Source: Carpediemonas membranifera BICM | Lineage: Eukaryota; Protista; Fornicata | Length of the DNA: 64,000 nt | Direction: 5' to 3' | Assembly (NCBI GenBank): GCA_019828565.1 | Contig: JAHDYR010000040.1 | Location: forward strand, 64,269-128,268 | Shown: piece by piece, positions 44,370 through 53,898 of the stretch | Numbering within the stretch: position 1 is the stretch's first letter | How the letters are laid out: every line of letters begins with the position of its first letter | Position numbers and translations under genes: made by a program | The notes under the pieces: model-generated | Database searches by the model: none | What the model was told of the DNA's origin: nothing | Seen by the model: only the letters and a program-made list of their open reading frames with translations

Positions 44370-45300
44370 ATGGAGGCACTTAATTACCGACGCAGCCTGG
44401 ATATTTCATTCCAAGTCTGTGCACTTCCCCAGCACACGCCATCGCCGCGTGGACGGCCTTGCACCGCGACGACCGACAGTGGCGCTCACTTCACGTTCCC
44501 AAGAAGGTGGTGTTCTGGGGCATGTGCCACGACCAGCCTGTCGTCGCACACGAGCGGGAGACCGGCGAGCACGGCATCCGGGCGGTCCATGGCCAGGCAG
44601 ACAAACCGTCATCACAGACAAGGACCGAGTCCGCACCCGCGGTTGAATTTTTATTAAACTTTACGTAATCACAAACCAGCATGGAGTCGCCCCGTCGCCA
44701 TGAACGGTACCGTTAACGTGCCACTCCAGCTCCCTGAAAGTCACGATATCCACGACCTGCGTGGTCTTCTTGGCGTTTTCGGCCCAACCTAAGAGCTGTA
44801 TGACCCCTAGCATGGTCTCCCTTTCCCCGCACACCATGTTGTCGAGAAGGTGTTCCGTGTCCACGCCCATTGCCCGGAGGAGGGAGACCATGGGTTGTGT
44901 GAGCATTGTGAGCGACGACGGGCTGATCTTGACAATTGTCACTCTAGGCTCCTGGAGCTTGGCACTCCTCTGGCGCTGAATCGCATCAACTGACATGTGC
45001 TGGGCACGGTTCTTAGGGTCACCCCATGCTTGCTCCATACGACCCGGGTGCGCGAGTTAGGTGTGATCTTGGTCGACGCCCTCGTTGATCTCTCGGTGCG
45101 GAGGTTGGCGTGGTCCGTCTGGATCACGAAAACGCGTCCCGGCGAGGTGGTGTTCCCAGGTGCGCACTGCATGGACGATCGTGAATGCCTCGCGTTCTCC
45201 AACCGTCATCGTCTTGACGGCGCTGGTTTTGAGCTCGTCTTCTGTTCACGGTAAACAGACCATTGCCTTCCAACCCTTAACCTTGAAAACACCACAGCCC
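44370..45300 (-). mobile_element. Degenerate Gypsy pol remnant
   Basis: RNase H-like FVIQTDHANL and integrase-like LVCDY...VLVCDDGLSAW in broken frames; boundaries approximate. Confidence 0.5.
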
Positions 45301-45543
45301 GGTCAGCACCAAAGCCAATGACGCCGGTGGCGACCTCATGGACATGGTCAGAGATGTGTCGTGCCCGCCAACTCCCTCGAGCGCGAGGTCGACTGTGTTG
45401 CTGGCGTCCCGAGCTTGTTGCTCTATGACGTCTGGTTACCCTTGCCTAGTCACGTTATGTCACCTCACGTAACATATAATTCGCCGGTCTTGATCAGGGT
45501 CCCTGTTGCTGAATCCCACTCGCCAAGCAACAAGCGATCATTC

Positions 45544-46269
45544 ATGGACAAAGTTAAGATCACTGCTGACATGATGAATCAGTTCAGTTGCAGCGGCGAC
45601 TGCGCCAGCTGCTCTTCTAACGCGTGTGGAAGCAAGCCAAAGCCTGCTTTTGCCACCGATGGCTGCAGCTGTGGCGGGGATTGCTCCTCATGCTCTGGCA
45701 ACTGCGGTGGAGCCGATGGCGCCTCTTCTTGCTCTGGCAGCTGCTCCTCGTGCACATCCAAGTGCGGCGCCAAAGCCCCCGCCGACTCAAACGTCTGCCC
45801 CACTTGTGGCCAGCTCCTCAAGCCCATCGAGAAGCGCCACCTTCCCACCAATCTCGAGACCGGCGACGACATGGCCGTCAGGGACTCGAAGCACCTTGTC
45901 TGTTGGCCTGCCGACCTCATGCACGCTGATGCCGACAGTGCTGCGTTTGCTGGAGCAACCCTGTACATTGTCTCTGTGTCTGCCCTCGCCGCCATGGGAT
46001 CTGTCGCCGCCATTGCCAAGGGCAACCCCATGCTCCTGGCTGCAGTCTACCCCGAGACCGAGGAGGCTCTGAGGGAGAAGCTGGCCGAGGTGTTCGAGAA
46101 GAACGAGGTTGCAAAGGCCGTTGTTGTCCGCACCAACCTCAAGTTCGACACCGGCATCGTCAGCGTCTTCAACTTCGCTGTCGATGAGGTCGGGCTGGCT
46201 TGTCTGGCCGACCTCGAGGAGATCGTGGTGACTCCCGCGGGTAATGTCGAGAGCGTCCAAGAGCTCTGA
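45544..46269 (+). CDS. Cys-rich protein related to anaerobe Fe-S cluster-binding oxidoreductase C-terminal domain
   Basis: Three CxGxCxSC repeats plus CPTCG; C-terminal S.HL..WP..L...FAGATL...EKLAEVFEKN.V..VVVR...IVVTPAG pattern. Confidence 0.6.
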   Translation: MDKVKITADMMNQFSCSGDCASCSSNACGSKPKPAFATDGCSCGGDCSSCSGNCGGADGASSCSGSCSSCTSKCGAKAPADSNVCPTCGQLLKPIEKRHLPTNLETGDDMAVRDSKHLVCWPADLMHADADSAAFAGATLYIVSVSALAAMGSVAAIAKGNPMLLAAVYPETEEALREKLAEVFEKNEVAKAVVVRTNLKFDTGIVSVFNFAVDEVGLACLADLEEIVVTPAGNVESVQEL

Positions 46270-46615
46270 GCGCATTTGTTCTTTTTAGCAGTAAAGAGTG
46301 TTGTTATTCTCATCCCCTTCGAGCAACACCAATCTCGCGGCACCTGACTTTCATATTATAAACTATCATCTCTACTTTCAGACTGTTCAGCCCATGGCAA
46401 CCTCAAGGTAGTGTCACCTACACATTTTCTCCTTATATTTCGCCCACACTATTTCGGGAGATCGTCAAAAACGCCTCAACCAACACAGCACAGTCACCTT
46501 CGTGATCAGACAGGCCATCCAAAGCCATGTTGTACACGTGCAGGCTCATTTATCAAGTGGATCGCGTTGATCGGATCAATATAAAACAGATTTGCTGCAC
46601 AAACGCTCGTGAACC

Positions 46616-47230
46616 ATGGGAGCGCTGTTTTCGAAGTTTTTGAAGAAGAACACGATACGAATCGTCTTAGTTGGGGTAGAAAACGCAGGGAAGACGAGTA
46701 CAATGATGCGTGTCCTTCAGATTATGAGCGGAAACAAGAAAGATGACATTAACTTCGGCTCTTTCCCATCTACAATCGGCCTGAACCGCGGAGAATGCAA
46801 CATGTTTGGTAGAAAATGCATGCTGCTTGATATGGGCGGCCAAGCCTCTTTCCGAATGAGTTGGGGCGACCACTTCACGCAGGCCAGGGCTGTTCTGTTC
46901 GTCCTGGACGGTGCAGACATGGAGAAGTACGACGAAGCCAAGGAGGAGTTCCTACGCATCGCGATGGACCCGGATTTGGCTGACATGCCGCTCATGCTGT
47001 TCATCAACAAGAGTGACCTGCTCGACTGCGCTTCGTTCGAGCAAGTTGTCCACGATTTCGGACTCGATGGGGCTGCTTGGGTCAGTCACCGTCAGTTCAG
47101 GGTCATGCGAGGGTCTGCGCTCGAGGGGGACGGTGTATTCTCGCTCTTTAGGTGGTTGGTAACGGCCGCCGCCAAGGCTCACACCAAACACAAGCAGGAG
47201 ACCGGAGACCGGGCCCGGATCCTCAGCTAA
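46616..47230 (+). CDS. Arf-like small GTPase
   Basis: MG myristoylation start, GVENAGKT, DMGGQ, NKSD, GSA. Confidence 0.92.
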   Translation: MGALFSKFLKKNTIRIVLVGVENAGKTSTMMRVLQIMSGNKKDDINFGSFPSTIGLNRGECNMFGRKCMLLDMGGQASFRMSWGDHFTQARAVLFVLDGADMEKYDEAKEEFLRIAMDPDLADMPLMLFINKSDLLDCASFEQVVHDFGLDGAAWVSHRQFRVMRGSALEGDGVFSLFRWLVTAAAKAHTKHKQETGDRARILS

Positions 47231-47322
47231 GGCAGCTGCAGTTGTTCATATACTAGTGTTCGCATGTAAAGTCGCCCATTTATGAATTTACTCGATTGTA
47301 TGTAAACATGTACATACCATTA

Positions 47323-49932
47323 TTCAGCCATTGCGGGGCGCCGAAGCGCCTCCACGCTGACTCCGCTGGATGGCGGCGGTGGGAGGGGGTGGGGGGAGAT
47401 GTGGAGGATTGATCACGGACGTGGCCAGGTGGAGCAGGCGGTGTGCCTTGCGGAGCTCGAATGACTTCTTCAGTAGTCAGCCCATCAGTGCGATCGCGAG
47501 AACCGACCGAGCTCGGCGGTCAGTAAAGCATTCTGCGCCGGTGATCGTGCAGATTTCCTGTCCGATTTCAACCAGACTCCTGGCGGCTGACTCGATGTGG
47601 CTGCCGGTTGGAGTGAGTGCGACGACGATGACGTCAACATTGTAGTCGGCGTACTGGTCCTTCTTCTCCTGGATGAATGAGTCCGAGTCAGACTTGCCGA
47701 CTGTGACCTCAATCACTAGAGGACGGCCGTTCCGGAGCAGAGGCTCATTAATCAGGATATCTGCGCGTGCCTGCGTGATCTTACTTGCCTGATCAGCGAT
47801 TGCTTGCGGGATAGGCCTGTTTGCTTTCTGCAGGCGTTCCATTTCGTCGTATGCAACCTTCGCTCGGTACTTCTCGTCCTTTAGGAGCCCATCATCAAGG
47901 GGTTCCTCATGGAGGACCTCTGTCGAGGTCGTGCTAAGCAGCCGTACGATTCCGTGTTTCACCAAGTCGTGGCGGTGCAAAAGGTTCCTCTTCCGCTGAG
48001 GGAACCAGCGCTTCGCGCTACAGAGCATGGCATGGTCTTCCCACGTGCCTCTGGTTACACCTTTGCCGCAGAAGGGGCAGAAGAGTGCCGTGTTCCCGTC
48101 CTGGAGGCGCCGTGCCACTGGGCTGGGGAGCCCCGAGATCATGCCAACCCCGAGGACCGCCCTATAGGCTGCTATCACTGGTCGTGCTGTCGCGTACTGG
48201 TCGTCTACCGCCGTGTTGAGGCAGGCCGCCAGCAGTTCGCCGTACGGGATCCTCGACGTATATGTGCTCGGAGAAAACGCACTGCGGCCGGTCCGCCTTA
48301 GGCATCATGAGTTCCGGGTCCGAGCCTGCCATGTGGGGGATGGGCGGGACTGTGTCGCAGACAGGGGTGTATCCAGGGCCGCACATGCGTATGAGATCAC
48401 TCCTGGCGCCAAGGTATGCTGCCACCCAGTGGTCGAGTGGGTGCCTGAAGCCCCAGCCGTTGTCACTCGGCTTCTGCCACAGTGCATCTAACCTCGCGCT
48501 CTCCCAGCCGGCTGGGGAGTTCGCTATGACCCTCGCCACCTCGATGAGGCTGGCTTCTAACCTCTCAGCGATGGCTACATTCGGTGCGTTCGTCCTGAAC
48601 ATGAAATTCAGGTCCGCGCTGATGCATTTGCGGATGATGTGCAGACACATCCAGGACACCTGGTTCTTCGCGTGCCCCGTCGACTGCTCGATAATTCCAC
48701 ACAGCCGGCTGAGCTCGTCAATAACCTTCTCAGCCGTAACCTGCACCGCTGTAACGCGGCTCGTGGTCGGGCCGATGGTCACCCCGAGGTATTCCCACGC
48801 ATGTACGAATGGGTGGCCTGCGTCGTGTACGTCCGGGTGGGCGAGATCAGTTTCTCCACGTCGCTCCGGCCGCCCAGGCCATATTGTTCCGGCAGCCAGT
48901 CTGGCAGTGCCCCGGCCGGGTCGTCCCCGCTGTCGTCTGGCTTCAGGTGCCCGAGAGCAAGCTTAGCGAGGTATTTGCCTGCGATCACGTAGAACGGTTC
49001 GTTCACCCCTATTGGCCTCAGGCTACCGTTCGGCTTTGGCAGCATCGAGAGGTATGCCTGCGTCAACGGTCTGCAGGACGACTCACCCCTCACGATGCGG
49101 GAGACAATTTCGGTCATCGCGCTGACTACCGATTTGTTGGAGTCGGCTGGCCTCAGACGTCGGGCGTTCCTCCGTGTCGTGTCGGTGGCGAGATGCCGGC
49201 CCAGGAGCTGTAAGATGTGTTTGTTCGACCATCCTGACAGTCCCGCCGCTTTGGTGCCGTCCAGGCCGGTCATGATCTCCTCGCATTCTCGGGTCGGCAG
49301 GTCCCTCGGCGGTGGGCGGTGGGCTGGCCCATTTCAGGGACTCCGCTCGGGCCACCGTTGTGCGTGGGAGGGGAACGATCTCATCAGCACGGTCTGCCGG
49401 GAAGAGCCTGTGGACCTCCGCCACTATTTGGTCCTCCGACCATGCCGACTCATGGCGTGGTGCCAGAAGCTTCCGTGATTTTCCGACCTGTCCAAGCATG
49501 AAAGAGTCCACTGCCTTCTCAACCTGTCTCCTCTGCCGGGATGCGGCGGTGCGGGGGGTGGCAGGGATCTGATGGCATTTCGGAAGCCGACCGCAGCGAA
49601 CTTCCCGCTGTGTGGCAGGCACCTGATGAGCACTTTGGCGCGGATATCGGGTAGGATCTCGTCGAAGGTTTTGAGGCGGCCTTCTGTCTCTGAGCTGGAT
49701 CGCGTGAGTATCCTGCAGCTTGAGGAGCACACGTGGTGTAAAGCAATCTCTCAGCGCCTGTGGTGTCTTGTCAGATACGTCCCTGTCGAGAAGGTACTCG
49801 CGTAAAGCCTTTGGGGTTAGGGTTGAGTTTCCCGGGAAATTCGGACATATTTGGGATCGCCTCTATGCGTTGGAGAGCATTGGCCAGGTTTTGGAGCTGT
49901 TGGAGGCTTTGCGGCCCAAATTCTGTCGTCAT
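47323..49932 (-). mobile_element. CRE-like non-LTR retrotransposon (RT plus restriction-like endonuclease), internally deleted and frameshifted
   Basis: KAAGLSGW, LPKPNGSLRPIGVNE, QYG, then loss of the central RT; C-terminal CPFC...H..LC, RHD, EEP, RADI, IEVTV. Boundaries approximate. Confidence 0.8.
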
Positions 49933-50003
49933 GCAGTTTATATTTGTTTATGTTCGTTGGAGAGATACATGTGGCAATGTATATGCGATTGGATGAGAGA
50001 GAG

Positions 50004-51044
50004 ATGGTTCGCCGCAAGAAGCGCAGCAATGCCTGGGGTAACAAGCTTGGTGATATCACCGAGGCAACGCGTGCTGCTATGTACATGAAGCAGCTGGAGC
50101 ACGCTAAGCCGACGCAAGTTGGTTTTGAGTTTGTTTTCCCTCCAATTCGCTTATTCAGGTCCGAATCTGAGGAAGAAGAGAAAAAGCGCCCCAGAATCAC
50201 GCTCAATGACGACAAAATCTTCCGCAAGAAGGTTGAACGCGCCGAGGCGCGCATGAAACGCCGTTCCGTCACCAAGAAACCTGCCGCCAAGACCGCCTCC
50301 AACGTCTACGACCTCTGGGGAGACGACGAAGGTGTGGAGGGGCCCAAGGATCTGAATATCGTCGATCCTATGGTCCCCCTTGGCGGTTTGGCGGTGAACC
50401 CCGACCCCGAGACCCACGCAGCCCTCTACGAGGACGAGGAGGCCAAGGCCCGCATCGAGGCGATGAAGAAGCAAGCCTTCGAGGAGGCCGCCTTCCTGGC
50501 ACCCCGGAACCAGGGCCAGTCGTCCGCTGGGTTCGTGGACCAGCTGAGAGATGCCCCGCCAGACTCTGAGAACGAATCGGAGGCCGAGGAGGCGCCGGTG
50601 CACATCGAGCACCAGAAGAAGACCAAGCGGGAGCGGCGCCGTGAGAAGGAGGCCAAGGAAAAGGCCATGATGATGAGCATCCAGGTGTCGGAGAAGGACG
50701 CCGCCAGAGCTATCCTGGAAGCCGGAAAGCAGGTCAAGCTTGCTGCCATTGAGAAGGCTGAACGTGCTGACCGTCGTGTGCAGCTCAATGAGATGCGTGC
50801 CGGCCTGCCCACTGTGACCCGACTCGGCAAGGAAGTTTATGAGGACGTCGAGAGCGGGGTGGCCCTGCCTGAAGAGGTTAGTGGTACCCTCCTGCACACC
50901 AAGACGGACGCGGTTCCCCTTGTTTCCCGGGTGTTCAAGGGCATCGAGGCGAAGGGGTTGATCGAAACACGATCCAAGAAGGGCAAGTCCACCAACAAGC
51001 GACTGAAGACAAGAAGCGTCACCATCAGGAGCCGGAGGATTTAA
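50004..51044 (+). CDS. NOP53: Ribosome biogenesis protein NOP53 (possible in-frame intron 50129-50158)
   Basis: RRKKR..W, YDLW, NPDPETH, LPEEVSGTL, FKGIEAKGLIETR. Confidence 0.8.
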   Translation: MVRRKKRSNAWGNKLGDITEATRAAMYMKQLEHAKPTQVGFEFVFPPIRLFRSESEEEEKKRPRITLNDDKIFRKKVERAEARMKRRSVTKKPAAKTASNVYDLWGDDEGVEGPKDLNIVDPMVPLGGLAVNPDPETHAALYEDEEAKARIEAMKKQAFEEAAFLAPRNQGQSSAGFVDQLRDAPPDSENESEAEEAPVHIEHQKKTKRERRREKEAKEKAMMMSIQVSEKDAARAILEAGKQVKLAAIEKAERADRRVQLNEMRAGLPTVTRLGKEVYEDVESGVALPEEVSGTLLHTKTDAVPLVSRVFKGIEAKGLIETRSKKGKSTNKRLKTRSVTIRSRRI

Positions 51045-51152
51045 GTAAACATGCGGATAGAGTCTAGGAGCAGCAAGGTGCCGAGAATCAAGTTGATGTG
51101 GTCAATCTTCTTCAGAATTTTGGTGAATTTCGACGACGCTTGAAGCATCGGA

Positions 51153-52118
51153 ATGGGATATGCAAAAGAGTCATTAGATGCAGGAGTCACTGCTACTCCA
51201 CTTAGAAACCGTGCTAGCAACGCAATATTGCGAAACGTCTCCGATCCGCGAGATGCGCATCAGAACACCAAAACACACAGCATTGAGCAGCGCATGCAAG
51301 CAGAACCAGTCGAATACAAGAGTTTACGGGCCACATACTCTCAAAAGGACCACCGCCACGCCGAACCGCCGCGGTACAAGAGCTATCGCGCTGCCCACGC
51401 TGCCAACGAGGCGCGCCTGAAGCACCGCCACAGCATGGACCCCGTTGTCGACGACCTCATGACCCCCTCATTCTCCCGGACCTCTTCTATGGCGAGTCTT
51501 GGGTCCACAGCGCCTCTGCCGGTCGACTTGGAGGAGTCGAAACTTGAGTCGTCACGGCGGGACTTCCACAAGTGTTACGGAACCAGGCGGATCCCCTCGA
51601 AGTTCCAGCGCAGTCTGGAGATGCTGACGCCAGTAGAGATTGAGCAGCTTATTGCTGATGCCCACACTATGCAACATGCCCGGGAGGCGTGTCGGGTAGA
51701 GCAGATGCTGTGGGACGACCTGGACCGTATGGACCCGGAAGATGTCAAGGGGCCGTCTAGTGAGGCGACCACAGCTGTGTATGGGGACCAGAACACGGTC
51801 AATGGACCTCTCCCACCCTCTCAGGAGAGTATGGCGGATTGGACCTCAATGAGGCCAGTAGACCTCGTGAGAGAGTATGTCCTGGGTCCATTCACCGGGG
51901 TTTCTGTCTCACCGCAGCTCAAGAAGAGGGCGGAGCGGCTCAACAAGAGACGACAGGGTCGCCCCAGGAGCACGTCCACCGGGTCCGCCCCCAGGCCACT
52001 GACGGCCCACCGCATGGCTGAGCTGCGGCCAGTCCAGCCGCTGGACCGGTCGAGGTTCGAGGGCCGCGTCGTTAAGGCGCTTCAGACGATGAAGCCGACT
52101 TTTACGAGCGTGCTGTGA
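51153..52118 (+). CDS. Hypothetical protein
   Basis: 321-aa ATG ORF. Confidence 0.6.
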   Translation: MGYAKESLDAGVTATPLRNRASNAILRNVSDPRDAHQNTKTHSIEQRMQAEPVEYKSLRATYSQKDHRHAEPPRYKSYRAAHAANEARLKHRHSMDPVVDDLMTPSFSRTSSMASLGSTAPLPVDLEESKLESSRRDFHKCYGTRRIPSKFQRSLEMLTPVEIEQLIADAHTMQHAREACRVEQMLWDDLDRMDPEDVKGPSSEATTAVYGDQNTVNGPLPPSQESMADWTSMRPVDLVREYVLGPFTGVSVSPQLKKRAERLNKRRQGRPRSTSTGSAPRPLTAHRMAELRPVQPLDRSRFEGRVVKALQTMKPTFTSVL

Positions 52119-52407
52119 ACGTACTGGGTAATTATATGTGGAACGTGTAGCGCAAGTATACTGCTGGTCAACCTGTGAGTCTGATGATTTGATTTTGTTT
52201 AAAGTGCGTCCTCACATCATTCATACCTGATTGACAGCAATTGTGCTCTGTGGTTGTAGGAGTGGATGGTGCGGACCATGTCCAGGATGAAGGGTCCGGC
52301 AATGGCGGTGCGGATGTACGCCTTCTTGGGCGGGCGGGGACCAGAAGATTAAATTGGCCCGCTCCTCACGCAGCGACGGAGATGGCAGGAGCCATGCCTC
52401 AACACCA

Positions 52408-52646
52408 GGAGAGCTGAGAAACGCCAAGCCGCTCCTTCTGTTGCCGGTTGAGCCACTTGGGGCATTGGCGGCGGGGGCGCCAGTGGAGGCAGTGGGACCG
52501 GCGGAAGCGTCGGAAAGGTCGTCGTCAGAGCTTTCGTCATCCTCGTTGACATCTTCCTCGCTCTCGGCCGCTGGGTCGAACGGGAGGCCATCCAGGGCCT
52601 CCCGCAAGCCTCTAAGAGACTTCCCCAGCGGTCTGAGGGCTTCGTC
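52408..52646. repeat. 239-bp dispersed repeat, copy 1
   Basis: Identical by eye to 63205-63443. Confidence 0.9.
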
Positions 52647-52695
52647 CATCCTACGAGTGTGTGGTGTTCCCATGGGGTATGAGGAAAGATTTGGA

Positions 52696-53730
52696 TGTTC
52701 AGGTTTACATAAACTGCGGTCAATTCTAAAGATTATATCCGAGATTCGGTGGCGGTCACACGGACGCCACATCCTCCCCCAACTTGAGGGCGAAGATCGT
52801 GAGCGTCTATGTACTCCTCGACTCGTTCGTTGCCGATGACGTCTTCGTCGTATGGCTGCCAGATGTCGGAGTCGGTATCGTAGCCGAGCCAGCGGAGGCG
52901 GAAGAGTAAGATGTCGTCCTCGACCTTGTGCTTGACGACCTTCTCGACGATGTACTCGGAGAGGTCCAGCGCGGCTATCTTCTGGATGGTGTCTTTGTCG
53001 TGAGTGCCTCTGAAGGGGCGGACTCTCGAAGCGTGGGCGTTGAGCGTGTGGCTATCCACTATGGACTCCAGTTGGAGCGTGTCGTTGGGAAGGAGAGCCT
53101 TGACTGTGAAGGGACCTAGATAGATCGGGGAGAGCTTGTTGCGCTTCCGAGGAGGAATTAGGAGAGCGAGATCACCGACTGTGTAGCTGTTACGGTTGGG
53201 CTGAGCGTTGCGGTCCTTCTTGAGGTTGAGTTTCTTCTGGTTGGCGGCGACTACGTCCATAATGACCTGTATGCGGTGGCTTAGGAGCTCGACGTATTCG
53301 GAATGGGAAAGGTCAGGTCAAAGCAAAGTTGGGTGATCGCCTTGAGGTTAGCACGTGCAAAGAGGCAACGGGAGAGGGCATCGGCGACGACGTTTTCCTT
53401 GCCCGGGATGTGTTCAATGGTGTAAGAGTACTCCTGCATCCGTAAGGCCCAACGCATGACCTTCTGGGTGAGACTCTTTCTCATGTACACCAGGTTTCGG
53501 TGATCCGTCTGTATCGTAAACGGATGACCCAGCAAGTGATGAGAGAACTTGCCGACGACCGCAAAGAACACTCCAAACGCCTCCTTCTCGGCGCCTGGCC
53601 CAGCGCTTCTCGGCGTTGGTAAACGTATGGGAGCAATACTCGACTATATGCTCCTTTCCGTCGATGAGGTTCAAAATCATACCACCTGTAGTGGGCGCGC
53701 GGGGGTCAAGCACCAACGAACAATGCGAAG
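52696..53730 (-). mobile_element. Gypsy 3' fragment F: RNase H, deleted integrase, chromodomain, PPT and ~76-bp candidate 3' LTR (52771-52696)
   Basis: FTIQTDHRNL, ENVVADALSR, YLGPF, YIVEKVVKH...RLRWLGY; GGGGGAGGA|TGTGG...GAACA. Confidence 0.85.
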
Positions 53731-53832
53731 TGTTTAAAAACAAAAGACAAATCAAGACCAAATCGAAATCAGATCAGGAATAAATATACGAAGATATTGC
53801 ATGGATCTAAAGATCCACGACACTTCCCTCCC
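53731..53832 (-). repeat. Orphan PPT plus candidate 92-bp 3' LTR (element E)
   Basis: GGGAGGGAAG|TGTCG...AAACA; AT-rich block interrupting the RNase H of fragment F. Confidence 0.6.
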
Positions 53833-53898
53833 ATGGTCAGTAATTGGGCGCCACTGAGCTATGGTGAGCCCAGTTGCTCCCTCGGGATGCTCTACAGG

